In this document: positions 29,193 to 39,205 of the stretch, piece by piece
Layout of the letters: every line of letters starts with the position of its first letter
Numbering within the stretch: the stretch's first letter is position 1
Notes under the pieces: model-generated
Database searches by the model: none
What the model was told of the DNA's origin: nothing
What the model saw: the letters and a program-made list of their open reading frames with translations, nothing else
Assembly (NCBI GenBank): GCA_048881705.1
Contig: JBHLSH010000007.1
Coordinates: 1 to 64,000, forward strand
Direction: 5' to 3'
From: Candidatus Heimdallarchaeota archaeon
GTDB taxonomy: Archaea > Asgardarchaeota > Heimdallarchaeia > Hodarchaeales > Hodarchaeaceae
DNA: 64,000 bases
Translations under genes and position numbers: made by a program

Positions 29193-29408
29193 ATGAATCC
29201 AAAAGAACATGAGCTGCTCAGAGCCATGGGAGACTGTTATAAGGTGTGCCAAGGCAGTTTTGAAGAAACATTGAGTATGATTTCGGGTTGGAGAGGGTAT
29301 ACAACTGAAGAAGTAAGGCTAATCCTACTTGCTGTTCGTGAAAAACATGGAGTTGAGCCCGAATATATCGAATTGAGAAGCCGATTTCCAGAGGATTTCC
29401 CCGTTTAA
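29193..29408 (+). CDS. Small hypothetical protein (71 aa)
   Basis: Clean ATG ORF with protein-like composition, first gene of a co-directional cluster. Confidence 0.6.
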   Translation: MNPKEHELLRAMGDCYKVCQGSFEETLSMISGWRGYTTEEVRLILLAVREKHGVEPEYIELRSRFPEDFPV

Positions 29409-29441
29409 TATTTGAAGATCTCTTTGTAAGGTAAGATAGCA

Positions 29442-30341
29442 ATGATAAGATGTATGGTCTGTGATGAGCTTTTCGAGGGTGAAGAGTTTTTAAAGCTGGC
29501 TGATCACCTCTATACGTTAACGGAAGTGAGCGATCCTAGTCACATAAGTTGGCTGAATAGGAATCTTACGAGTCAAAAAGTAAAACCTAGGAATCTTGCA
29601 TCACTTCTTCAAGATTATTTCGATATAGGAGAGTTGGGATTAAAAAAATGGGTAAAGTTACGGTTCATCGAGAAATTCTATGGCACTCCAGCTCATCCTT
29701 TTGTCGAAGCTCTCCAGCATCCCTCTCGTGCGACGCTCTTGGGTTATGTTGTTGAACATCAGCATTTTTTGAGGCAGTGGGTGAGATCTTGCGCCTACAT
29801 CATGGCCAAAACCGAGTTTGATGACGTGGTCCTCTATGAATTAGATAATATTAACACTGAATTTGGAGGCTACCAAGGATCGGAGGCACATTACCAGTTG
29901 TTGCTCAAGATGGGAGAGAGTTTGGGTTTTACGAAGGAAAAAATAATCAGTATGAAACCCCTTGCAGAGACAGAAAAATCGATCAAGCTCTGGAGCCATA
30001 TTGCGGCTACCTATCATTGGTTAGAGACGATGTTGGCAATGCATGGTCTGGAATTGATTGCTCACAAGGGATTACGAGGAGATGGAGCAGTCAAACATTA
30101 TTTTGATCCAGAGATTTTGGAAACCAACGAAGTAACTGAGGCAACAAAAGCGTTTCTAAGGGAGGGATATGAAGCTGATGTCCAGCACGTTGAAGAGGCC
30201 TTGGATTTGATAGAAAAGTACACTTCAACCTCAAAATCCCAGTATCTCAGAGCTGCCCAAAGTACATTCCTGAAATCAATAGAGGCATTTGATAAATATC
30301 TGACGAGTAGATTAAAAAGGGCCGAGCAATTTGAAGGCTAG
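29442..30341 (+). CDS. Heme-oxygenase-like (TenA/PqqC/CADD-type) protein with N-terminal zinc-finger-like CxxC...H...H
   Basis: CMVC...HL...H N-terminus. Helical core with DNINTEFGG...AHY, HGLE and EADVQH, aligning by eye to the CADD-type metal ligands. Confidence 0.75.
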   Translation: MIRCMVCDELFEGEEFLKLADHLYTLTEVSDPSHISWLNRNLTSQKVKPRNLASLLQDYFDIGELGLKKWVKLRFIEKFYGTPAHPFVEALQHPSRATLLGYVVEHQHFLRQWVRSCAYIMAKTEFDDVVLYELDNINTEFGGYQGSEAHYQLLLKMGESLGFTKEKIISMKPLAETEKSIKLWSHIAATYHWLETMLAMHGLELIAHKGLRGDGAVKHYFDPEILETNEVTEATKAFLREGYEADVQHVEEALDLIEKYTSTSKSQYLRAAQSTFLKSIEAFDKYLTSRLKRAEQFEG

Positions 30342-30627
30342 AAAAGACGGATGTGCCTTATGTGGTTCAACTTGGGGGAACTTTTGGTTCGAGATAGAGG
30401 GGATTAATAGGTTTTTTTGTTGTAAGGTTTGTGCCCAATCATTTAAAAGCCTCCTGAGATCGATCAAGGAGAGTACAGGATGGCCTCATATAACCAGGCT
30501 TGAGATTTCGGGAGATGTTTATCAGAGAGCCGTGCTAGCAGGGTTTGATGAAGAGGAAGCGCTTTTCACCGTATCTTTCACTTCTTCAGGCGAAATAAGC
30601 GGCTTTTCAAAAGCCAAAAACCTTTGA
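30331..30627 (+). CDS. TA0938-family small Cys-rich protein
   Basis: GCALCGSTWGN...FFCCKVCA...TGW.HI signature. Overlaps the upstream gene by 11 nt. Confidence 0.8.
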   Translation: MKARKDGCALCGSTWGNFWFEIEGINRFFCCKVCAQSFKSLLRSIKESTGWPHITRLEISGDVYQRAVLAGFDEEEALFTVSFTSSGEISGFSKAKNL

Positions 30628-30709
30628 AATCCCTCCATATGAACCTGGTTTATATCTCTGCCTGCGTAGGGGACGAGCGCCAATCATGATTTGAATCGGT
30701 GAAGGAAAA

Positions 30710-31618
30710 TTGGTAACATTTCGGTATATCGCAAACAAGTTTTTTGCATCTTGGGCAACTAGAGGTGGCATTATTACAAATTTAGTGGCTACGGCGCTAT
30801 TATCTCTAATATTGATAACCTTAAATGCTTTCTTCTGGGTAGGTCGTGTTATATTGCCTGAATCTGGATATAATCTTGATAATTTCGTAAATCTCCTCGG
30901 TATTCCCATTCTGGTTGTTTTGAGTCACTTTCTTTTTCTAGTGGGGATTATATATGATGCTGGAGAATGTGAAATACTTAAAACCGATACCATGGAGATG
31001 AGAATTAAAATCGATTTTCAAAGTATAAGGAATAGGTTAGAAAAGCCTCTTTCTAACGGAAAGTTGGTTTTAATCAGCGCTCTTTATTTCCTGGGTTTTA
31101 TTCTGTTTAATTTGGGGCAGGGCATCCACTCGGCTGCAGATTTTCTTAACTCTCGAGCTATGGATCTTGATATCAAGGCTCTTATGCCTGAATATTATCG
31201 ACAAGTATGGTTCCTCGATGAAGTGGTGGGGCATTGGTTTGCGTACACAGGCTTTTGGATAATGATCTTCGTATTGGGCTTCATGAATCTTCATATTCCC
31301 TCGAAGCGCAAAATGAATAAAACTATGTGGATCACGCTGGCTTTGACCACCCTTTCATTGGGCGGTATTTTATGGGTGTTTTTTGCTGTGGAGGGAGAAT
31401 ATGGATTTTGGGGTTTAGGGTTGGCCATAGTTTATATTAGCTTTTTTGGATTCGAACTAAGCCGCCTCCGCAGGAATTCTTCATATTCCGCTCAACAATT
31501 TCCCGTTGTTTGGTTTTTAATCTTATTCTTTTTGCTTTCTATTGTTGCGCTATTAAGTCTGTTTATAATCAGTGGAGGAAAATTTATTCAACCATCAGAT
31601 TTATTTAAGAGAGTTTGA
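30710..31618 (+). CDS. Multi-pass membrane protein, unknown function
   Basis: About eight hydrophobic segments. Polar residues in or near TMs (GQGIHS.AD, DEVVGHW) hint at an intramembrane metal site. Confidence 0.7.
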   Translation: MVTFRYIANKFFASWATRGGIITNLVATALLSLILITLNAFFWVGRVILPESGYNLDNFVNLLGIPILVVLSHFLFLVGIIYDAGECEILKTDTMEMRIKIDFQSIRNRLEKPLSNGKLVLISALYFLGFILFNLGQGIHSAADFLNSRAMDLDIKALMPEYYRQVWFLDEVVGHWFAYTGFWIMIFVLGFMNLHIPSKRKMNKTMWITLALTTLSLGGILWVFFAVEGEYGFWGLGLAIVYISFFGFELSRLRRNSSYSAQQFPVVWFLILFFLLSIVALLSLFIISGGKFIQPSDLFKRV

Positions 31619-31647
31619 TTACTAGCGGATAAAATGAGGCAGATAAA

Positions 31648-32136
31648 ATGACCTCGCGATCTCCCCAAATTGTTCTCTTAGGTCAAATTAGGAGCTCTTT
31701 AAACCTAATTACCCAAGTCATTGAAAAATGTCCACAACGGTATTGGTTTCACTCAAGGAACGAATGGTCGTTGTCTTGGGCCTTATACCATGTAATCGAG
31801 ACATTGGATTTCTATTTGAGAGAAGATCCAAGAGGAATGGAGTGGGGAGACAGGATTGGAATAAAATGGGATTCGCAAACGCAAGATGAAATTCAGAACG
31901 GAAAATCACAGATTACCAAGGATTTCCTAGCCGATTTTTTATTAGAAATTGAAGAAAAGGCCAGTCAAACGCTAAAATCCGTGACTGACATTGAACTACT
32001 GTCTCAGGACGGGTTTAAATGGTTTGAAACTAGGCTTGAGAAATACATATATGCCATACGTCATACTGTGTTTCACATCGGGGAGTGTAATAAGGCCTTA
32101 CGTGATAAGAATTCCCCACGCATTGAATGGCAATAA
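31648..32136 (+). CDS. DinB/YfiT-like four-helix metalloprotein
   Basis: His triad pattern LYHVIET ... RHTVFHIGE. Confidence 0.75.
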   Translation: MTSRSPQIVLLGQIRSSLNLITQVIEKCPQRYWFHSRNEWSLSWALYHVIETLDFYLREDPRGMEWGDRIGIKWDSQTQDEIQNGKSQITKDFLADFLLEIEEKASQTLKSVTDIELLSQDGFKWFETRLEKYIYAIRHTVFHIGECNKALRDKNSPRIEWQ

Positions 32137-32191
32137 TTATCGATTCCTAGACCTATAACGAGATCTTTTATTTTTTTCCTGGATTGGATTC

Positions 32192-34537
32192 CTAGACTTG
32201 GGAGGGATCTTTTTGATGTATGCGCCAACCGTACTCGAGTTGTAAAGCATCAGATAGAATGCGTACATCTTCATCCGATAAACCCAAGTATTTTTTAAGT
32301 ATTAGATCATCAATGACAGTTCTTATCCTGCTAGATGAGCCTACCGCGTCAATCGATGGAATTTCAACATTTCTAAAGCGCTGAACAGCAGAGACCAAAT
32401 CCATGAAAATCGAGGACTGCAGGATAGGACGCGGATCCAGCACCAACATGTTACGCCATTCCCCCAAGGATATCTTTAGGGCTCCAAGGCCCAACGTTTT
32501 GGTGCCCAAAGTCTCTCTTAATAACATACCAAGAGTTGAATTAAGGAAAGCCAGTAAAATCAAGTTCCAATCTTGTTTTGAAGACCAAAAACCTATCCAT
32601 TGCTTGTCTATGTGATATTTTCGATCGTTAAATCCTACGAAAGATCGCCTGTAAATCATATTTGGAAGAACTAGATCAGGTTGAAGTAGAGGAACACGAT
32701 ACCAAGTAGAATGGGACTTATTACGAAAATATGGACGCAAAAGAACCTTTTCCTTAATTTCCGCAAGATATTGTGTTATAGGATGCCCAGGTGGAACCTT
32801 TTCAAGGTCGAAGGATTCTACGGGCAAATAAAGCAGGTATTTGAGTTTTTTGGGAAGCGGTCCAAAGATATCATTCCATTCTCGCGGGGATTTGGTCATG
32901 ATCTTGAGAAACTTCTCAGGAATATCAAGATCCTTTACGTTTTTCCTAGAAAGATAAAAAAATTTGTTAACACCAGTTGTACTGCCCATTTTGACCTCAC
33001 CAAGCTCCTCGAGTACACAAAATCTATCTTGATTCCTAAGTAATACCTTAATCAAGAGTATAGGATTCATTTCAAGATAATCTAACCGAGAAATAGGAAA
33101 AGCCTTCCGGCGGATTATTCTGCCCGCATCCGAGATATACGTCGATCTAAACGCGGATGTTTCGTGTCCTAGAATCGTTAAACTGCCATCTTCCCACGTG
33201 AACTCGCCTGCTACCTGTTTTGTTAGGAAGAGAGAACTATCCAGGATGGGAATGTCAATAAACGTATCTTCAGCGTTTTTTTTCAAGATAATGGTTTGTA
33301 AAGGACGATCCTGAATGTTTGATTCGAGTTTTCTACCAATTACGATGTGAGTTTTGACCTGGGCGTGTTGCCATGATTCATAAGGCGTTTCGAGTATCAT
33401 AGACAATTGAAAGTCATCTAAAAATCTGCTTATCAGAGGCTGGGAAAATTGTGAGGAGAGCCATGATCGTGAAACGACCAAACCAAGTGTTCCGTTGTCA
33501 ACCAACGAAGAGATAATTTTCAGCCAAAAATATACATATAAATCAGCTTTCTTGTCCCAAGAACGCACCTCTTTTGATAACTTGGCGATATTCTTTGTCA
33601 AATCAATTTTTGATTTTAGTCCATGATGGCGAACATATGGAGGATTTGTAACACAAATATCAAATTGTTCTGAGATGTCCTCCCTGATGAAATTCCTTAC
33701 TTGTAATCGATCTGAGAACATATTCCATGATGAAAGGGTTTCTGAGTTATATTCCTTCTTAATAATTTCCAAATAGATCTTAAGCAGAGCAATCCTAGAT
33801 AAAAATATACTTACTGGATCTATGTCGCATCCGTAAGTGTTCATCAAAACCCTCTTGATGAGGGAGATGCCTTCATTAGAAGATTTATCGTTTATGGGGT
33901 TTTTTTGGAGTAGTTCGATAATTAAGCTGACCATCTCGATTATAAAAAGCCCTACACCACAGCTGGGATCTAAAACCCTTATAACGCTTAATTTTTCCTT
34001 AATTCGTGTATATACATTTTTGCTTAAATTTGGGGGATATATTCCTTTAAAAACAAGATTGTAGGTCATTTTGCCGTCCAAGGGAAATCCATTAAGGTTA
34101 ACCAGGTAGGTAAATAGCGTGGTACGACAGACCTTCCGTATCAAGCTGTTCGGGGTATGATAACTCCCCAATCCTTTTTTTTGTGAGGATGAACGTATGT
34201 TTTCGTGAACACTGGCCAGATCATGATGATCTAGTTTGTTTTTTAGGCTTAATTCTTGAAAAATGATCCACCAATCTCTTGATTGACCTAAATAGGCCAG
34301 ACAATTAGTGGAAATCTGCGCAGGCATCAGACTTAGCAGATGATCAATCTCTTTCGGTTTTTTATGCTGTTTTAGGACTTTTATAAGCAGATCGCGACTT
34401 TTTAAATAGCTAGAACTTAGAGACGGGAACAAGAAGATTATCCCGATTGAGAAAAACACGAATTCTAATAAGGTTGGGATTTGAGGGAATTTTCGTTGGA
34501 GTCTAAACACGGCCTCTTTCGTTCCCTCAGTAAACAT
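32192..34537 (-). CDS. Eco57I-like N6-adenine DNA methyltransferase
   Basis: GSYHTP, VLDPSCGVGLF, GCDIDP, TNPPYVRH, ADLYVYF, TRD-like region ending IDDLILKKYLGL. Confidence 0.85.
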   Translation of the reverse strand: MFTEGTKEAVFRLQRKFPQIPTLLEFVFFSIGIIFLFPSLSSSYLKSRDLLIKVLKQHKKPKEIDHLLSLMPAQISTNCLAYLGQSRDWWIIFQELSLKNKLDHHDLASVHENIRSSSQKKGLGSYHTPNSLIRKVCRTTLFTYLVNLNGFPLDGKMTYNLVFKGIYPPNLSKNVYTRIKEKLSVIRVLDPSCGVGLFIIEMVSLIIELLQKNPINDKSSNEGISLIKRVLMNTYGCDIDPVSIFLSRIALLKIYLEIIKKEYNSETLSSWNMFSDRLQVRNFIREDISEQFDICVTNPPYVRHHGLKSKIDLTKNIAKLSKEVRSWDKKADLYVYFWLKIISSLVDNGTLGLVVSRSWLSSQFSQPLISRFLDDFQLSMILETPYESWQHAQVKTHIVIGRKLESNIQDRPLQTIILKKNAEDTFIDIPILDSSLFLTKQVAGEFTWEDGSLTILGHETSAFRSTYISDAGRIIRRKAFPISRLDYLEMNPILLIKVLLRNQDRFCVLEELGEVKMGSTTGVNKFFYLSRKNVKDLDIPEKFLKIMTKSPREWNDIFGPLPKKLKYLLYLPVESFDLEKVPPGHPITQYLAEIKEKVLLRPYFRNKSHSTWYRVPLLQPDLVLPNMIYRRSFVGFNDRKYHIDKQWIGFWSSKQDWNLILLAFLNSTLGMLLRETLGTKTLGLGALKISLGEWRNMLVLDPRPILQSSIFMDLVSAVQRFRNVEIPSIDAVGSSSRIRTVIDDLILKKYLGLSDEDVRILSDALQLEYGWRIHQKDPSQV

Positions 34538-34548
34538 TTCCGAGACAC

Positions 34549-35316
34549 CTAGGTATGAGCAACTGCAATCATATCGGTTGATCTTTGGGGATCAAATTCT
34601 TCAGATCTGTAACTTCCATAGAATTCTATTTGTCCAAATCCTGCTTTTTTAAGGATATTAAACATACCCTGCCGCGTAATTCGAGGAATCGTTGTGGGCC
34701 CCATTGAACTAAATGCCCAGCTCTTCTCATTGTTTGGACGGAATAGGGTTAAAATCTGCGGAATAATATACTCCAAAGTGGTTCGGAATTCTCTTAGGAA
34801 TATATATTCTCCCTCCCTGGTTCGTACGGACCTCGGTGTTGACCAGCCATTCCGTTCTTTTTCCATATTTAGGATTTGGAAGATCAATAATCCGTTTGGT
34901 CTTTTCAATAAGGAATGAATCCTATAGATAATTAGTTCATAGACATAAGATGTAGCAATTAATCCAACCGTGTTTCCAAGACTAATTATTGCATCAAATG
35001 ACCTATTTCTGAGTATATTTAGATCCATTAAGTCACCACTAACTAATTCAGCCTTGGAAGCCCTTGTTTTCGCTTCCTCTATCATTGAAGGATTGATATC
35101 AATTCCTGTCACACAATAACGATTTTGGAGTCTTTCTGTGTGTCTACCTGTCCCGCATCCTATTTCCAAAATTGAATGGATCTTTGGAGAATTTCTATTT
35201 GCAATTTCGGATATAAAATTTATTTCAGGAGAAATTCGCTTTTCCCAGTCAATAAGAAGATCGTAATGTTTTCCGTCAGCCAAAAAATCAGAATTCATGT
35301 CTAAAACTCCTTGCAA
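34549..35316 (-). CDS. Class I SAM-dependent methyltransferase (small-molecule type)
   Basis: ILEIGCGTGRH, GIDINPSMI, FDAIISLGNT, YGSY..EEFDP. Likely start ATG near 35298. Confidence 0.88.
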   Translation of the reverse strand: MQGVLDMNSDFLADGKHYDLLIDWEKRISPEINFISEIANRNSPKIHSILEIGCGTGRHTERLQNRYCVTGIDINPSMIEEAKTRASKAELVSGDLMDLNILRNRSFDAIISLGNTVGLIATSYVYELIIYRIHSLLKRPNGLLIFQILNMEKERNGWSTPRSVRTREGEYIFLREFRTTLEYIIPQILTLFRPNNEKSWAFSSMGPTTIPRITRQGMFNILKKAGFGQIEFYGSYRSEEFDPQRSTDMIAVAHT

Positions 35317-35415
35317 GGACCAATCAATATGGATTTTTAATAAATCTCTGTTCTTCCCTAAAATCTCAACGGATCCAAAATCTGCAGAAAAAAAACTTCT
35401 GAAAATGATTATTAT

Positions 35416-36219
35416 TTGTTAACGGGAATTATAGTGTACTCTGAACAATTAGAGACTGCTGTAACGGCAGCTAAGGACGCCGGCAAGCTTATAAGCCATC
35501 TGTTTGGGAAGACCCAAAAATCCTACAAACTCGATGGAAGTATCATAACAGAGGCGGACATAGAATCAGATAGCTTAATCAAAAAGACTCTTACCAACGC
35601 ATTTCCAGATCATTCAGTTTTTAGCGAAGAAGGCGAAAAAATAATAAGAAACCCCGATCATTTGTGGGTAGTTGATCCATTAGATGGAACTACAAATTAC
35701 TCAGTAAAAATCCCTTATTTCGCAGTTTCTATCGCCTATTATTTTAAATCTATATTGAGGATCGGAGTTGTTTTCGCTCCGATCTTGAATGAAATATTTG
35801 TAGCAGAGAATAAGGCGGGAGCAACACTCAATGGTAATCCTATCGGGGTAGATATGGACTCTCCACTTGAAAACGCCTTTATAAGTTTTGAGAATGGACG
35901 TGATCAGACTTCAAGGCGCAAAGTTACTCGAATTTACTCCAAGTTGAAACTAATTAACAATAAAATACGGCAAGTAGGTGCTGTGTCCTTAGACCTGTGT
36001 AACGTCGCCGCTGGGAGATTCGGAGCGTTTATCATGCCTGGTAGCAATACTTGGGACATAGCCGCAGGGATTCTAATTGTGGAAGAAGCAGGAGGGATTG
36101 TTACTGATTTTAAAAACCAGGTTTTAACGGAAAAATCCTCATCGATATTGGCAGCAAGTCCTTCAATTCACGAGAGGCTTTATGAGATCATTAATGTGGA
36201 CAACGGAAAGAATATATAA
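35416..36219 (+). CDS. suhB: Inositol monophosphatase / FBPase family protein
   Basis: ITEADIESD, SEEG, WVVDPLDGTTNY, GAVSLDLCNVAAG, WDIAAG. Confidence 0.9.
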   Translation: MLTGIIVYSEQLETAVTAAKDAGKLISHLFGKTQKSYKLDGSIITEADIESDSLIKKTLTNAFPDHSVFSEEGEKIIRNPDHLWVVDPLDGTTNYSVKIPYFAVSIAYYFKSILRIGVVFAPILNEIFVAENKAGATLNGNPIGVDMDSPLENAFISFENGRDQTSRRKVTRIYSKLKLINNKIRQVGAVSLDLCNVAAGRFGAFIMPGSNTWDIAAGILIVEEAGGIVTDFKNQVLTEKSSSILAASPSIHERLYEIINVDNGKNI

Positions 36220-36468
36220 TTATACCTTAATAACATGAAAAACCTGTATTATGTCGGCAATAAAACCTTATTCCTATATTGTAACAGTCCCTCTCTTTTT
36301 CTTCCTTAGACTACGAGATATTGTCCATCGTATTATCTACGTTTATAAAGGCATAATTATTTGGCAAGAGTTATATAGATTCAGAGGTAGGTATTAAGGG
36401 CCCATACTAGAGAGTCTGATAAAAGAATAGGGTTTCTAGTAGAGACTTAACGGAGATCTGAATTATAA

Positions 36469-36798
36469 ATGTCATTTGAAATGTTTTTTCGCGAGTTAGA
36501 GAGTGTTAAGCCTCCTAAAACTTCTCAACTTCTCTGTAAGTGTCAGGATCAAGGCAAGGGTGAAGTATGGATAAGTCCCAGCGGAAGTGTGGTATTTTCC
36601 GATCCATGTTCTAAAGATAATCCATGCTATATTATTTGTTGTGATTCTAAACGGTTTTCGACCAGTGGAAAACCAGGAAAAACCCCTCCACAGCTATCTA
36701 GGACAACGGAGGAGAAGCAAGAGGAAACAAGGCGATTCTTGGAACGGCTATTCTGTGTGCCTCCGCATACTAGAGACAATCTTAGCGGCGGATATTAA
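36469..36798 (+). CDS. Small Cys-rich hypothetical protein (109 aa)
   Basis: ATG ORF with seven Cys (CKC, PC..PC, CC, FC). No family recognised. Confidence 0.5.
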   Translation: MSFEMFFRELESVKPPKTSQLLCKCQDQGKGEVWISPSGSVVFSDPCSKDNPCYIICCDSKRFSTSGKPGKTPPQLSRTTEEKQEETRRFLERLFCVPPHTRDNLSGGY

Positions 36799-36837
36799 TC
36801 TTGATTTATCTGGATGATTGGATCCAGATAGATGTAG

Positions 36838-38028
36838 TTAATCACGGCCTATCAATACAGCCATCCCCAACCCGCCACCGCCGCATAGAGTCGCAAGGCC
36901 TAGGTTTTTTTGCCTTTTCTGCATTTCATGGATTAATGTAACGATTATCCTGGTGCCTGTTGCACCAACAGGATGCCCTAGTCCGATACCAGAGCCATTG
37001 ACATTGCAAATTTCACGATCCAGACCTAGAGAGCGCTCAGTTGCCAAATAAGTTGCAGCAAATGCTTCGTTTACTTCAATAAGCTCGACGTCATCTAATT
37101 TCTTTTCTTTTTCCTTAGAAAACAGTTTTTCTACCGCGGGTACAGGGCCGATCCCCATGCGATCTGGAGAAACTCCGCCAATCCCATATCCTTCAATTTT
37201 AGCAATGGGTTCTAATCCCCGCTGATCAGCTTCCGTCTGACTCATTAGTATAAGTGCAGCAGCTCCATCATTGATGCCACTTGAGTTTCCAGCCGTTACA
37301 ATACCGTCCTTTTTGAATACTGGCGGCATTGCAGCAAGCTCTTCTAATGAAAGATCCCGAGGATGTTCATCCTTGTTAAAAATGATTTTTTTCCCTTCTT
37401 TTAGGATCTCAATCGCGGTTATCTCCATTTCGAACTTCCCCTTCCGACTGGCGTTGAGCGCATTCTTGTGAGAACGGTGAGCTATTATATCCAGTTCTTC
37501 ACGGGTTAATCTGAATTCCTTAGCCAAGATCTCAGCTGTTAAACCCATGAGCTTATCACCGCCCGCTTGAAGTCCCGCCATCACTCCATCTACAATCTTC
37601 CTATCGAAATATCTAGAACCCCATCTCATATCATACAAGAGGTACGGAATTGTGGACATACTTTCGACGCCCCCAGCTAGGATAATTTCCGTTTGGTCAT
37701 CTGCTTGAATTTGATGCATACCTGATACAACCGCTTCCATGGCAGATGTACATACTCTGTTTATTGTTACTGCAGGAATCTCTTCCGGGATCCCGGCCTT
37801 TAAAGCGGCAACGCGACTTACATTCATATAGCGATTATCTTCAACGCAACACCCAAATCGAACGTCATCAATGAGATTTTCGAACCCAGTTATACCTAAA
37901 TGATCGATAGCCGCTCTCATAGTATGAGCGGCAAGATCTGGAGCGTGTAGGTCTCTTAAGGTACCTCCGTATTTTCCAATAGGGGATCGGGTAGCCGAGA
38001 CTATAACCACATCATCTAGTTGTGTCAT
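36838..38028 (-). CDS. Acetyl-CoA C-acyltransferase (thiolase)
   Basis: INRVCTS (catalytic Cys), AGGVESMS, TAGNSSGINDGAAA, NEAF, GHPVGATG, LCGGGG. Confidence 0.95.
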   Translation of the reverse strand: MTQLDDVVIVSATRSPIGKYGGTLRDLHAPDLAAHTMRAAIDHLGITGFENLIDDVRFGCCVEDNRYMNVSRVAALKAGIPEEIPAVTINRVCTSAMEAVVSGMHQIQADDQTEIILAGGVESMSTIPYLLYDMRWGSRYFDRKIVDGVMAGLQAGGDKLMGLTAEILAKEFRLTREELDIIAHRSHKNALNASRKGKFEMEITAIEILKEGKKIIFNKDEHPRDLSLEELAAMPPVFKKDGIVTAGNSSGINDGAAALILMSQTEADQRGLEPIAKIEGYGIGGVSPDRMGIGPVPAVEKLFSKEKEKKLDDVELIEVNEAFAATYLATERSLGLDREICNVNGSGIGLGHPVGATGTRIIVTLIHEMQKRQKNLGLATLCGGGGLGMAVLIGRD

Positions 38029-38087
38029 TGAAGGTCCTCGAATGGTAGGAAGTTAGAGGTAAAGAAAACTTTACCCGCCATATTTAA

Positions 38088-38546
38088 CTACTTACCTCTA
38101 GCTTTATTACTAACTCCTAAAACTGCCGCTATAGCAGGGGCCAAAGCTTGACCTAATCCGTATATGAACGAAAAAACTAAGATATCTAGGTCGAAAGAGA
38201 CCGTACTACCCCGGATTATTAGATCAACTATGCCTCCAATTAACATCCCTACTCCTGCTATAATCCAGAGAATTAAGAAGAACAAAGATATAAGTCCAAC
38301 CTTTTCTCCTTCTTCCAGCCAGCGAGTACTGCCAAAATAAACAACTACACACAGTATCCACCAAGTGATGGCGTAAACTAGGCTTAACACGCTGTTCAGG
38401 GTAAAAGGAGGAGGAATGGTTGCTGTTGCCAGCAAATTAGTCAATTCCCTGTTCAAAATTTGATAAACAATATATCCAACTATTACAAAAATGAATGTAC
38501 CAAAATATACGATTGCTCGTTCAGATCCTTTCATTTTGATCACCAA
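38088..38546 (-). CDS. Small membrane protein (about 4 TM)
   Basis: Four hydrophobic segments. No family recognised. Confidence 0.7.
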   Translation of the reverse strand: MVIKMKGSERAIVYFGTFIFVIVGYIVYQILNRELTNLLATATIPPPFTLNSVLSLVYAITWWILCVVVYFGSTRWLEEGEKVGLISLFFLILWIIAGVGMLIGGIVDLIIRGSTVSFDLDILVFSFIYGLGQALAPAIAAVLGVSNKARGK

Positions 38547-38815
38547 TATAATAATAACGGTTTAATTCTTGTTTAATATTCCAAAAGCTGTCAATAGATT
38601 AAAATCACGAAGTAAATATTGGGTATAGGGTATTGTTTTTAATATTTCTTGAATTCCATTTCCCGTCTTTAGAGTATGGGTTCTGAGAATATTTGGGGGA
38701 TTATAGGATATTGTTAAAAAAGTATGGAGGAAGTGTAATTAACATTCCACTTTCTTCCCCCTAGGGAGAAATTTCGGCTGGGTTCGCCTTACGGGGTAGA
38801 TGGGTGGTGATTTAC

Positions 38816-39205
38816 ATGCTCGAAGATGACGCTGAAATAATGGATAGGCTCCAAGAGATTGAACGTATTCTCAGAGATGTTCAGTCCCGTATTCCAGATC
38901 TGGAAGGATTGGCCGTTGTAACACGAGACGGATTACCAATCGCCAGCGCTTTGTATACATCTACAGATGAAGATCGAATCTCAGCCATGACTGCAGCAAG
39001 CTTGTCACTCTCAGAACGAGTAGTTATAGAGTTAGAACGGGGAGCAATGGAACAAGTAATTATAACGGGATCTAATGGTTTGGTTATTATCCGAGATGCA
39101 GGAGAACATGCGGTATTAGTAGGTATAGCCCGAGTGGATGCTAAGTTAGGCTTAGTGTTACTAGACATGAAACGTGCCGCAAATAAGCTATCAGCAATGA
39201 TTTGA
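38816..39205 (+). CDS. Roadblock/LC7 (MglB-like) protein
   Basis: LAVVTRDGLPIAS...ISAMTAA.LSLSER...EL.RG.MEQVII.G.NG.V...AG..AVL. ATG at 38816 follows GGTGA at 38806-38810. Confidence 0.93.
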   Translation: MLEDDAEIMDRLQEIERILRDVQSRIPDLEGLAVVTRDGLPIASALYTSTDEDRISAMTAASLSLSERVVIELERGAMEQVIITGSNGLVIIRDAGEHAVLVGIARVDAKLGLVLLDMKRAANKLSAMI

